A DNA stretch of 64,000 nt from Candidatus Altimarinota bacterium (GCA_963677745.1 OY782391.1:256001-320000); one strand, 5' to 3'; shown: positions 42,369 through 52,136, counted from the first letter of the stretch. The notes: generated from the sequence alone by a model not told the origin. Numbers and translations are program-made.

Positions 42369-43982
42369 TTACTCCAACTTTTTGAGCTCCAGGCGGATAC
42401 CGGCAGTGGCGGACTTGTACACGTCACGCGCGGCGGCCAAAACCTTGGGGCCTTCTTGTTCCAGAAAGGAGCGAAATGCGGGCAAATCATCAGGCAACTC
42501 CCGCCAGGTACTCAAACCCTTATCGCGATACGCTTCCAGCAGATCGAGCAGAGACAGCACGTTGATCTGGGCTGGGGGGAAAACTTCACCGCAAACCCCG
42601 CCAGACTCCGAATACTCCTGTCTCTCCTGCCTTTCCCTCTGCATCACATGCATCAGCAACTCGATGGCCATATCCAGAAACCGAAAGGGACGCATTTTGT
42701 GCAGCGGAATGGGCGTTTTCACCAGACGGTACAGATCCTGTTCACAAACCAGAGCGGACTCCACAAACCCCAGCGCCAGGTGGACCAAGAGTCTCAACTT
42801 GAGTCCGTAGATAATCTTGTAATAGCCACCGGCGTACAGATCCAGAGCCAGATACTTCGCCCGTTCCTGCTGCTCCAGACGGACCAGATTGCATTGGCCT
42901 GACATGTACTCAATTTTCTGGCAGGCAATCTTCCACATGAGATCATAATGAAACCGGTCCACTTGGAACGGATCATCATTGTCATGCTCGTCCAGATACT
43001 TCTCCACACCGGCCAGCACGCGCAACCTGGCGTTATCCACCGCCAGATCAAACAAATCTTCCAGCAGTTCCGGCTCCAGCGGCGGTACGCGTTTCGGATC
43101 CGAAGCCCCATACGCTTCCAGCACCTCATGCAGATAGCCATGCTCCACCGCTATCTTCAGCATAGTAATCTGGTCTTCCCGTCGGCCCATCTTGCCAAAG
43201 CATCTGAAGGCGTCCAGAAATCTCATCTCCAGCGAATAGGCGTCCGCGGCATACTGCAGCCCCTCAGGAGTTCCGGACATTTCCCAGGCCCACATGGCTT
43301 CGGGACATTCGGCATCCGAGTAAATGGTCTTCTCGCCGTATTTGCGGTGCAGCCACTTGCCGAAACGATAGAGAATCTGTTTGGCTTCCTCTTCTCCCAA
43401 GTCATTGGCCAGCATCAGATTCCGGATGATGACTGCCGGCTTGATGAAGTCGGGTACGCCCTTCGCGTCCCAAGTCGGCTCGGTGGACATTGTCCCCGCC
43501 ACCCGCTTGAACTCGGTGATCTGCAGATGGACGAGCGGCAGCAGCAGACGGCCATTCCTAAGTCTGCTGCAATAAGTTCTCAGCCGTTCCATACTGCGCT
43601 CTTCCGTCATCTGCTCGATTGTCATGAACCTCACGTAATAATCACGCAAATCAGCTTCCGAGCCGACGGCAATCAGCATTTGGAAGATCGCTTCATCCAG
43701 CTCATCGCTACGATTACATTTCAGATACCACCGGTAAATTTTGTGGGCATCTCTGGAATTACCAACCTCCCTGGCCAACTGCGCGGCCTTCAAGATATTT
43801 CCAAGTAGACCGATGGTCTTCGCCGCCAGTCTCCGTGTCTGCGCGGGCAGGTGGATCTTTGCCAGATACCCCTGCTCCTCACGTTCCAGGAGAGCCTCGA
43901 TGAAGCCCAAAAAGTTCTTTTCGTCCCTGATGCGGCTGACCTTGTCCTTGCGACCAGCCCCGGAAGCAGCTTTCTTTCCCAT
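42369..43982 (-). CDS. GC-rich orphan helical protein
   Basis: 537-aa ORF, strong SD (AAGGAAAGGAAGG), own TG-extended promoter, downstream GC hairpin. Confidence 0.75.
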   Translation of the reverse strand: MGKKAASGAGRKDKVSRIRDEKNFLGFIEALLEREEQGYLAKIHLPAQTRRLAAKTIGLLGNILKAAQLAREVGNSRDAHKIYRWYLKCNRSDELDEAIFQMLIAVGSEADLRDYYVRFMTIEQMTEERSMERLRTYCSRLRNGRLLLPLVHLQITEFKRVAGTMSTEPTWDAKGVPDFIKPAVIIRNLMLANDLGEEEAKQILYRFGKWLHRKYGEKTIYSDAECPEAMWAWEMSGTPEGLQYAADAYSLEMRFLDAFRCFGKMGRREDQITMLKIAVEHGYLHEVLEAYGASDPKRVPPLEPELLEDLFDLAVDNARLRVLAGVEKYLDEHDNDDPFQVDRFHYDLMWKIACQKIEYMSGQCNLVRLEQQERAKYLALDLYAGGYYKIIYGLKLRLLVHLALGFVESALVCEQDLYRLVKTPIPLHKMRPFRFLDMAIELLMHVMQRERQERQEYSESGGVCGEVFPPAQINVLSLLDLLEAYRDKGLSTWRELPDDLPAFRSFLEQEGPKVLAAARDVYKSATAGIRLELKKLE

Positions 43983-44201
43983 TATTTCCTTCCTTTCCTT
44001 GTGTCAAATTTCGTTCGAAGCAGCATTGCCCGGCCAATAGCGGCCATGGCAAACCGTCCGAAATACAAAAGGAAATATAACACTTTACAGTATTATGTAA
44101 AGACCCGTCTACTGAATAACCACAACGTGGAAGAAATTTGTTAACATTTTTTCAGATCAGGTTAACACCTATTGATTATATTCGTATCAAGCTGGTCGCG
44201 T

Positions 44202-44272
44202 GGGCGCAGCACGGTTGCGAGAACGTTCTTGTCAAATTGTTCTCAGGGGTTCGACTCCCCTTGCGTCCACCA
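44202..44272 (+). ncRNA. Non-canonical tRNA-like RNA with Ala identity (tmRNA tRNA-like-domain mimic)
   Basis: Acceptor GGGCGCA/TGCGTCC-ACCA with G3-U70 and A73; T arm AGGGG-TTCGACT-CCCCT; no canonical D or anticodon arm. Confidence 0.75.
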
Positions 44273-44325
44273 CGACCAGCTCTTATAATATATGAGACAA
44301 GAACGTTCTCAGCACCTGCTGTAAG

Positions 44326-44359
44326 AAAAGGCCTTTCCAAACGGGAAGGCTTTTTCTTT
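44326..44359 (+). terminator. Intrinsic terminator of the tRNA-like transcript
   Basis: GCCTTTCC-AAAC-GGGAAGGC followed by TTTTTCTTT. Confidence 0.8.
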
Positions 44360-44657
44360 GTGCAAACCCGCCGCCCCTCGCCAGCATTCCAGCCCCCCCC
44401 TTGACGCCCCCTATATAATAGTATACCGTAACCTTGCTTTCATCGAGAGTGCGGCGAGAGAATTGGCTCTATGACCCGCCGGCAACCAGCCCCGCCCCCT
44501 GCAAAAGGGTCGGCCAGGCAAGGTGCCACCACCAAGAATGATGAATAAAGGATTCACGCGCCTCCTCCTGGAACAAGCGCACCAAAGTAAAAGGGCGCTC
44601 ACGCGCCCGCTCGATGAAGGTTAAATCGCAGTAAATGTCATTTAACCCTCATTTTTT

Positions 44658-45281
44658 ATGAAGTACCTGCATAGCTATGATTTCCCCTATCTCGTGGAGG
44701 CCAGCTCGCCAGCAGAATTAAGCAGCCCGTTCGGTTCGCAAACACCGGAGGCACCCGCGTCCAGTCCGTCCGGTCCGCAAACGCCGGAAGCTCTCGCCAG
44801 CCCCACCGCAGCCATCACGCCCCTCGCCCGCGCTCTGCCCAAAGACCCCTATCAAAACGGCTTCCTCCGCCCCGCCTTCAAAGAGCTCCTGATCCACCTG
44901 ATCACTATCCAAAGCGTTGCCAATAAAACGCACGGCTGTCTGGTGCTGGACATCCGGGAATGCGGCTATATCACCCCGGAAGGGTTGGTCAGCGAATCCG
45001 ATCGCCCGCCGCTGATTGAACGGGAACTTCCTTTCCCTATCCCGGAGGGTCTCGCTCCCTGCGACCGCTGCGGATATCAGCAGGGAGAATGCCTCTTCCA
45101 GGGACGAATGGTGCAGGTCGCCTGCCCCTGCCAGGCCCAAATTTGCGGCAAGTGCCATACACCGGTCAATAAATTCAAGATCGGCTCCTGCGTCTGGAGT
45201 CCCCTGGACGGCCAGCTCTGGAATGTCCCGCTCTGCAGCGCCTGGGCGCACAAATGCTCGCCTCAACACAAGCCGAATTAG
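44658..45281 (+). CDS. Cys-rich putative zinc-binding protein
   Basis: CDRC, C..CPC, CGKC, C..C..HKC; Ser/Pro internal duplication near the N-terminus. Confidence 0.7.
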   Translation: MKYLHSYDFPYLVEASSPAELSSPFGSQTPEAPASSPSGPQTPEALASPTAAITPLARALPKDPYQNGFLRPAFKELLIHLITIQSVANKTHGCLVLDIRECGYITPEGLVSESDRPPLIERELPFPIPEGLAPCDRCGYQQGECLFQGRMVQVACPCQAQICGKCHTPVNKFKIGSCVWSPLDGQLWNVPLCSAWAHKCSPQHKPN

Positions 45282-45282
45282 G

Positions 45283-45314
45283 CCTTAATACCTTAATACC
45301 TTAATACCTTAATA
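45283..45314 (+). repeat. Tandem 8-mer repeat
   Basis: (CCTTAATA)x4 right after the stop codon. Confidence 0.9.
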
Positions 45315-45400
45315 TTTTTAATATGCCCAAAGTACGCATTGATCACATCTTGACGGAATTGGGGTCTGGAGTTAGACATTTCAAAAATAGTAATATTTCA

Positions 45401-46006
45401 TTATTCTTCTGACTCTAAACGACGACGTCGCTCATCCAAAGTTTCTCCTTCATACATCCAATAAACTGTCCCTTGCACACTATAAGGGTATCCAAGAATT
45501 TTCTGAGCAGCAGTAGAAGGGCTAGTCATCGCACCGTTATACTCAATACTCTTTTTACCGCTAAGCTTTACCACTTTTGCCTTTATCAACTCATTATCAA
45601 CAAACGAAATTTCTGCACCAATTGGGATATTTACCATTCCAAAATTAAACGCTGACCGCTTTTCTCTGGCTTGATTCAAGGCCCGTTGATCTTCTTTACT
45701 TTCTACATAATCACGCTTAGGAGTAACATTTTCGATTTCCGCCAATTTGAGAGCAGAAACAACTCTATCTGGTGATAATTCGAAAAACTCGCGAGTAGAA
45801 CGCACTCGATGATCCAAAAAGGCATCCTGCAATTGTTTTTCAACAAAATCTGCATTGGCGACTGTGCAAGCATAAAAACACTCAAAAGGTAGAGGAACAC
45901 TGGTGGTGTCCAAGGAACGAATTCGTTGCTCAAGATTAGTCGTTCGCCCGATTTTAACATATCCAGGCATTGCCTCGTTAATGAGGATATAAATAATTTC
46001 GTTCAT
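45401..46006 (-). CDS. T5orf172 / GIY-YIG-like nuclease domain protein
   Basis: IYILINEAMPGYVKIGRT..R..L..TSVPLPF...REFF. Confidence 0.88.
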   Translation of the reverse strand: MNEIIYILINEAMPGYVKIGRTTNLEQRIRSLDTTSVPLPFECFYACTVANADFVEKQLQDAFLDHRVRSTREFFELSPDRVVSALKLAEIENVTPKRDYVESKEDQRALNQAREKRSAFNFGMVNIPIGAEISFVDNELIKAKVVKLSGKKSIEYNGAMTSPSTAAQKILGYPYSVQGTVYWMYEGETLDERRRRLESEE

Positions 46007-46042
46007 TATAAAAATATTATTATCTACAAAAAATGATTTATT

Positions 46043-46798
46043 CTATACTTTAAGTTTCTTTATTTCCTCAGCCTTTTTCTGTAAATAATCAAAATATTCT
46101 GCTTGATCTGGAGAAGAAATCAGCTGAACCTCAACACCCAAATCTACCAAAGAATTAATAAATTCCTTTTCTATTTTTTCCTTATAACTCTTCAAATCAG
46201 TAGCATTTAGTTTAATAAAATAATGTTCCTTACCAAAAATATTTAGAAATTTTTCTAATGAATTCATATCTTTTTCCGATTCTTCAAATATGCCTCTATT
46301 AATTGCAACCAAGATTGCATATTTCCGAGCAACCTTACCTAACATAGTTTGCGCCTTTATATATTCTTCAGCATTTCCCTCTGCCACTATGGGGATGATA
46401 TCCATCGCAAAATTTTCATCACATAATTTAGCACCGGGAAACTCCACTTGATATCCCCCCTCCACTTTAACAACATTTTTCTCACTAAATTCTTCAAAGT
46501 TGTAACATATCTGTAATTTTCCTGTGAAAATTATTGCATCTTTAAGTACAAACCATAAATTCCCTTGTTGTTTTGCCTTTAATGCGACATCCACCACATA
46601 GGTGGTAGCCGTGTATCGCGGTTGATGTTTAATTTCCTGAACGATACCAGCAATAGTATCAATTTTAACCTCGAGCGCGGGAGATGACTCGGGTTTCTGG
46701 GGAATAGAATTTATAACATAGTAACCAGCTAAAGAAATACCAGACAAAACTGTTATTAAAATAATAAATTTAACAAATAAATAGGAATTGTTTTTCAT
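46043..46798 (-). CDS. Membrane-anchored protein, DUF4230-like
   Basis: N-terminal TM, G....YNF...VEFP, AINRGIFEES; low GC. Confidence 0.55.
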   Translation of the reverse strand: MKNNSYLFVKFIILITVLSGISLAGYYVINSIPQKPESSPALEVKIDTIAGIVQEIKHQPRYTATTYVVDVALKAKQQGNLWFVLKDAIIFTGKLQICYNFEEFSEKNVVKVEGGYQVEFPGAKLCDENFAMDIIPIVAEGNAEEYIKAQTMLGKVARKYAILVAINRGIFEESEKDMNSLEKFLNIFGKEHYFIKLNATDLKSYKEKIEKEFINSLVDLGVEVQLISSPDQAEYFDYLQKKAEEIKKLKV

Positions 46799-46863
46799 AA
46801 ATATAATTTACTTTTATTGTATTATTATATCACAACCCTTTGCTTCTGTAAATTGAGGAAAAA

Positions 46864-46940
46864 GTGCAAGTCGCCTGCCCCTGCTAGTCCCATATTTCCC
46901 CAACGTTCATTGCTGTGATCGATAAATTCAGGATCAGCCC
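46864..46940 (+). pseudogene. Decayed fragment homologous to the 44658-45281 gene
   Basis: GTGCAAGTCGCCTGCCCCTGC matches 45111-45131 at 20/21, followed by an in-frame TAG. Confidence 0.75.
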
Positions 46941-47035
46941 TTACTACATGACTTACCAGGGGACCTCGCGCCCCATGAGACAGGAGATGGTCCAGAAAAC
47001 AGAAATAGGCTATAATAGCTAGATTTAATTGCTTT

Positions 47036-47737
47036 ATGGCTAAATTTACAAATAAAAGAGGCTGGTATCTACTTAACAAAGCAGGTTTTTACATTCTAGC
47101 CTTGATACTTTTTAGCATTACAACGTTCCTACTCAACCGATGGGTCTCCCCCTATTTCCCCGAACATGGAATACTGGAGATACTTCTCCAAATATTCATT
47201 GTAGTCCTATTCATTGCAGCAATGATAGAAGCAAACCGCTGGTGTAAAAAAACAAACAATTACCTGACTGGTGATGACGGCGAGGTAATTATTGAAGACA
47301 TTCTAAAAAAACTCCCTGATGAATTTATCGTCATCCCTGACCTCAAACTACCCAAACAAGGAAACATCGATTTTGTCGTGGTGGGACCAACCGGCATTTT
47401 TGCTTTGGAAGTAAAAAATTTCAGACAACTATACAATTTCAATTTAGCTAAAAATTACAGGAAATCCTCTGTCTATCAAACCAACCGGAATGCCATAACC
47501 TTGGGGACCTATCTCAGAACAACATTAAACGACCCATACGTAATAGCAGTGCCAGTTCTGGTCTTTGCTAAAGAACAAAACCTACCAACCACTCCAAAAG
47601 CAGAAAATAGCAACTTAAAAACGGTTTGTAGTAAGCATCTAATAGAACTACTAACAAAAAAAGGACGTGTGTCAATTTCCAACTCAGAGGTAACAAAAAT
47701 TGCAAAAACAATCAAAAACACCTGTTCAAGAGATTAA
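47036..47737 (+). CDS. NERD nuclease domain membrane protein
   Basis: Two TM segments; GDDGE...NIDFVVVGPTGIFALEVKN...Q. Confidence 0.88.
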   Translation: MAKFTNKRGWYLLNKAGFYILALILFSITTFLLNRWVSPYFPEHGILEILLQIFIVVLFIAAMIEANRWCKKTNNYLTGDDGEVIIEDILKKLPDEFIVIPDLKLPKQGNIDFVVVGPTGIFALEVKNFRQLYNFNLAKNYRKSSVYQTNRNAITLGTYLRTTLNDPYVIAVPVLVFAKEQNLPTTPKAENSNLKTVCSKHLIELLTKKGRVSISNSEVTKIAKTIKNTCSRD

Positions 47738-47749
47738 ATCTCATTAAAT

Positions 47750-48601
47750 TTATATTCCCAATTTAATCGCATAAATCAGCTGAGCCATTTCCCCTCGCGT
47801 CACTTCATGGGTAATGGAGGGATTAATCAATTTCAAGAAAGTCTTTTCATTTGCTGTATTCACATACACGTCATACCAATTTGCCCCGGTTGTAGTAGAA
47901 AGCGGAACCTGCAAAGCAAGTAAAACAATCTTCAATGCTTCAGCCAGGTTAACATTGTTGGTTGGCCTGAATGTCCCATCCGCATAACCGCCAATGATAT
48001 TTTTGGATTTCGCATAACAAACATAGGAAGCAAACCATTCAGAATGGACATCGGAAAAACAATCCTGTCCTGATCCGGATGTAGAAAGAGCGCCAATCAC
48101 AATCTTGGTAAATTCTGCTCTATTAACTGGATTAGAAGGTTTGAATGATCCATCACTATATCCGGCAATAATTTTATTATCTTTCAGATACTTAATTGCT
48201 GGGTAAAAAGAATTTGAAGGTAAGACATCCGTAAATACAGCCTGTACCATCGTTGACTCTGGAGCCGATGGGGACAACTTGCACTCATCAACATTACTAA
48301 ATTGGACCGAACTCCCCTTCCAACCATCAGTGCAAATTACACTGCCATCGGAATCTGCTCCTGCAGCACAATTTACGCCTTCATGACCAGAACATGCGCC
48401 AGCTGCAACAGCTATTGGAATAGAACAGACAATACAAAACAGAATTGGCAGGAAAACTGCACATCCAACCGCACTACCAACTTTCCTTTGTCTTCCCTGA
48501 GAAGTTAAAGGAACTCCGGTTGATTTAGAAATCTTATTTTTCAACCCAGATATGCCAACAGCCCTTTTCCATGAAAATGAAAATCCAAATTTTCTACCCA
48601 T
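47750..48601 (-). CDS. SLH domain protein
   Basis: GFSFSWKRA N-terminus, CSGHEGV motif, three SLH repeats. Confidence 0.85.
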   Translation of the reverse strand: MGRKFGFSFSWKRAVGISGLKNKISKSTGVPLTSQGRQRKVGSAVGCAVFLPILFCIVCSIPIAVAAGACSGHEGVNCAAGADSDGSVICTDGWKGSSVQFSNVDECKLSPSAPESTMVQAVFTDVLPSNSFYPAIKYLKDNKIIAGYSDGSFKPSNPVNRAEFTKIVIGALSTSGSGQDCFSDVHSEWFASYVCYAKSKNIIGGYADGTFRPTNNVNLAEALKIVLLALQVPLSTTTGANWYDVYVNTANEKTFLKLINPSITHEVTRGEMAQLIYAIKLGI

Positions 48602-48730
48602 AGTTTTATTTTTTTATTTGCATATATATTACTATATCCTAATCAATATATACAATAAACTCAGCAACCGCTGCGGGTATTAGTAGGTAAATTGTTCGAG
48701 ATTTGTTATTGCCTCCCTATGTGAGCGGGT

Positions 48731-48862
48731 TCTGGGATGTCCCACTCTTCTGAACATAGGCCCATCAATGCCCGACTCAACAAAAAGAAGTGGAATTAAA
48801 TCTTAATAGCGTTTATATGAGCAAAGTATAGATCGATCACATCTTAGCGAAATTGGGAGTCT
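48731..48862 (+). pseudogene. Decayed copy of the 3' end and downstream region of the 44658-45281 gene
   Basis: Aligns to 45217-45367; core 48822-48862 matches 45328-45367 at about 33/41. Confidence 0.75.
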
Positions 48863-48916
48863 ACAAGATAACTTAAACACTGAAGTGGCCGACCACTTAT
48901 TCAACAAAATTGGTTT

Positions 48917-51739
48917 TTACGAGGATCTCGTTTTTATGTTTTTTTTCTTTTCTGGAATCGGATACGTAATCATTCTTATGTTTTCTGGTCGGATTGCCCT
49001 TACTTTCTTCTTTACTTCAACCTTCTTGGAAATCTTTGTCCACAATTCAAACAAGTATTCAATTCTTTCCTTATCAGTGCTAAAGTTTTTCCTTCTATAG
49101 CATTTATCTACGGCATTATCTAGATCTCTGTGTGCCTTAACTAAATCGCGAGGCATAGTTAATGGATCATAAAGATATGCCAAACTAACTGATGAATATT
49201 TCACTCTTATTTGCAAAATTTGCTTTACGATACTTTCGACCTCATCGATTTGGTGTTTTGATGGGTTCTCAGGCCAAGGGTAATTATTATAAACAAGTTT
49301 ATTCGAATATCGATAGTCACTTTTCAGTCGTCCACAAACATACCTCACCCAAACCATATGCATTTCTGATGTAAGCACTCCAAAATGGTATAGATTTATC
49401 TTAGGTATTACCAAACAGGTATCACCAGCAATAACCGCTGGGCCTAAAACGCCCATCGGAATATATTTTCTATGTTCCGATGATACCCTCGGAATAAGTA
49501 GATAATTATCAACAGGTTGCCTAATTTCACCAAAAAGATATGGCGTAGAAGCCAATTTTTTTGTTGCAGGTCTTTCACTGTTTAATCTATACGCCCTCAC
49601 CTCCATAATTCGTCTATAAACTTCCGTATTGTCTTTCATTTCTTGTGGATTAGCACCCACAAGCCAAAAACACCATTTCTTTACCTTATTTATAAATTCA
49701 TAACTTCCAACAAAAGGCTTAATAAAACTTTCCGTTGATGGATCACGTTTGAGCAACTCATTTTTTTCCATATCAGATAAAAGTAAATGGCCGCCATCAT
49801 TGGGCATATTACCAAATACTATTTCGGGGACGGGTGAAACCGGCTTGCTTCTTGAAAGGATAACAACATCATCACCTTCAACAAGATAAGGATTGATATT
49901 ATTAACTCTCAATTTACTAGGCAGGCCTTTAATATCTGAATATTCAAACAAATACTTCTTCTTAATATCAAAATTGGCATAACCGATGATCACCACGTGA
50001 ACCGCAGCTTGACCTGGAGCCTCGTTTGACCATGAAAATGTTCGATGAGCAAAATGAATCTTAATTTTGTATGTATTGAACAACTCATTCCATAATATCC
50101 CAACTTGCTCTCCTTGTGTGATTGAATTCGTGGAGACAAAACCTACTTTTATTTTTGTACCTTGTATAAATTCAGCTGCTTTTATATACCAAGCAGTAAC
50201 ATAGTCTAAAACACCCGCACCTTTAACGCCCCTGAAAACATAAGCCATATCCTCTTTTTGCTCTTTACTTTGAAATTGCTTACCAACAAATGGCGGATTA
50301 CCCAAAATGTAACTCAATTCATTTTGCGAAATCACCTCTTTCCAGTCGCACCTTAAGGCATTCCCAACATAAATATTTGCTACCTTTTTTAACGGTATTC
50401 GAATGAAATATTGTCCAAGTTCCTCATAGACCTTCATATTCATCTGATGATCAACTAGCCAAAGAGCTACTTCAGCAATTTTCGCAGGATAATCATCCAA
50501 CTCAATTCCATAGAAAGAATCAACATCCAACTTTATCAACATTTTTATATCTATAAAAGTCGTTTGTCCGGCACGAATCTCACTTTTATATAAAGTTTTT
50601 AAAACTTCAATTTCTAAAAGTCTTAATTCTCGATAGGTAATCACTAGAAAGTTACCGCAACCGCACGCTGGATCAAAAAATTTTAATGAAGCAATCTTCT
50701 GATGGAAATTTTCCAAAGACTTTCTATTATTTTTTATGCGATGGAATTCTTCATATAAATCCTCTAGAAAAAGTGGCTTGATAATTTTTAAAATATTGTT
50801 TTCTGATGTATAGTGCCCACCAATATTACGTCTCCATTCCTTATCCTTAATTGATTGAAATAGCGAACCAAAAATTGCTGGTGAAATATTACTCCAATCA
50901 AAACGACAGCATTTCAGTAGAGAATTACGCATTTTACTATCGAAGGCTGTTATTGAAATGGTTTCTTTAAATAGTGCACCATCAACATATGGAAAAGCTT
51001 TTAAATCATCGTCTAACGTAGTAGGCCGATTATCTTCAGGCGTATTAAGCACCTGGAACAACCCTGCCATACAACCTCCTAAATCACTTCCATCCTCTTT
51101 TGTTTTCAAGCAAATGTAATCCTCAAAAATCCCTTTTTCAAATATTCCTGTATCATCTGCAAATAAACTGAATAGTATTCTTATTAAGAATAAATCTAGA
51201 TCTTTTCCATTGTAGCCTGAACTTAATAAGTCATCGTAAAGCTCGCCCATTAATTTTGCAGCTTTGATATTGGCGGGGTCCTCGGGTTCGATAACAACTC
51301 TTGAATAACCTGCAATAAATCCAAACAACTTAATATTTTCATGTAATTTTGAAACCTCAAATTCATTTACCTCTCCATTTTCCAGGTCAAAAAGGCGAAT
51401 TTTAGCGAAATCAGAAACAGCTATATATCTTGGAAATTCCTCATCTTTTAAATTATGAGTATAACTTAACGCCTGCTCATATGCTTTATCTAAACTTAAA
51501 TCTTTAGATTTAGCCTCCACCATCATTGTTCCTGGCCAAAAAAGGTCGATCCATCCTCTTCTATTATCTAATTTTTTGGCAGGTTCATCGAATGTGGCTA
51601 CACGCCTTCTCGAAACGCCAAAGACATTAAAGAACTCATTCCAAAACGTCTGTGCTTCCGCTCGTTCACGCGATTCATCAGACCAATTTCTAGAAAATTC
51701 TATAGCTCGTTTCTTGATTTCATTCCAGCTTAAAGGCAT
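48917..51739 (-). CDS. MmeI-family (type IIL) restriction-modification enzyme
   Basis: IDLFWPG..VEAKS nuclease motif, DPACGCGNFL, GNPPF, GRLKSDYRYS; start MPLSWNE. Confidence 0.93.
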   Translation of the reverse strand: MPLSWNEIKKRAIEFSRNWSDESRERAEAQTFWNEFFNVFGVSRRRVATFDEPAKKLDNRRGWIDLFWPGTMMVEAKSKDLSLDKAYEQALSYTHNLKDEEFPRYIAVSDFAKIRLFDLENGEVNEFEVSKLHENIKLFGFIAGYSRVVIEPEDPANIKAAKLMGELYDDLLSSGYNGKDLDLFLIRILFSLFADDTGIFEKGIFEDYICLKTKEDGSDLGGCMAGLFQVLNTPEDNRPTTLDDDLKAFPYVDGALFKETISITAFDSKMRNSLLKCCRFDWSNISPAIFGSLFQSIKDKEWRRNIGGHYTSENNILKIIKPLFLEDLYEEFHRIKNNRKSLENFHQKIASLKFFDPACGCGNFLVITYRELRLLEIEVLKTLYKSEIRAGQTTFIDIKMLIKLDVDSFYGIELDDYPAKIAEVALWLVDHQMNMKVYEELGQYFIRIPLKKVANIYVGNALRCDWKEVISQNELSYILGNPPFVGKQFQSKEQKEDMAYVFRGVKGAGVLDYVTAWYIKAAEFIQGTKIKVGFVSTNSITQGEQVGILWNELFNTYKIKIHFAHRTFSWSNEAPGQAAVHVVIIGYANFDIKKKYLFEYSDIKGLPSKLRVNNINPYLVEGDDVVILSRSKPVSPVPEIVFGNMPNDGGHLLLSDMEKNELLKRDPSTESFIKPFVGSYEFINKVKKWCFWLVGANPQEMKDNTEVYRRIMEVRAYRLNSERPATKKLASTPYLFGEIRQPVDNYLLIPRVSSEHRKYIPMGVLGPAVIAGDTCLVIPKINLYHFGVLTSEMHMVWVRYVCGRLKSDYRYSNKLVYNNYPWPENPSKHQIDEVESIVKQILQIRVKYSSVSLAYLYDPLTMPRDLVKAHRDLDNAVDKCYRRKNFSTDKERIEYLFELWTKISKKVEVKKKVRAIRPENIRMITYPIPEKKKNIKTRSS

Positions 51740-52136
51740 TTGTTTTTTGTTTTTATATCTACGTATTTTATCATAAAAACCTATTCCTTCATAGGCTACA
51801 AGAGGCATGAATTAAGCAAACATAACAAGTCCTCATCGCAAGACGGGTGTAACTTGGCTACCACTAATCAACCTATTACATAACTGTAAACAGCTAACGC
51901 ATTGATAACGTTTAGTATAAAACACTATATTTTTAGCGAAATCTGTTTTAACAAGGCGAATAACGGCTTAAACGTAATCTCCTTTGAAAAGTAAACAGAG
52001 CTAACAGGAACCCTTTCAAAAAGGCCTTAATTCTACCATCATGTCATATTTGTATGTATATTATTTACTCACTCGTGAAGGTTTTTGCTATAATGTCCAG
52101 TTAGTGTTACAATTAACATGATTAATATATATTGCC

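Noticed and set aside
44083-44102. dif-like site (CTTTACAGTATTATGTAAAG)
   Set aside because: Better explained as the -35 region and operator of the minus-strand orphan promoter; no XerC arm
45283-45314. CRISPR array or iterons
   Set aside because: Spacerless 8-mer tandem repeat; no cas or rep gene nearby
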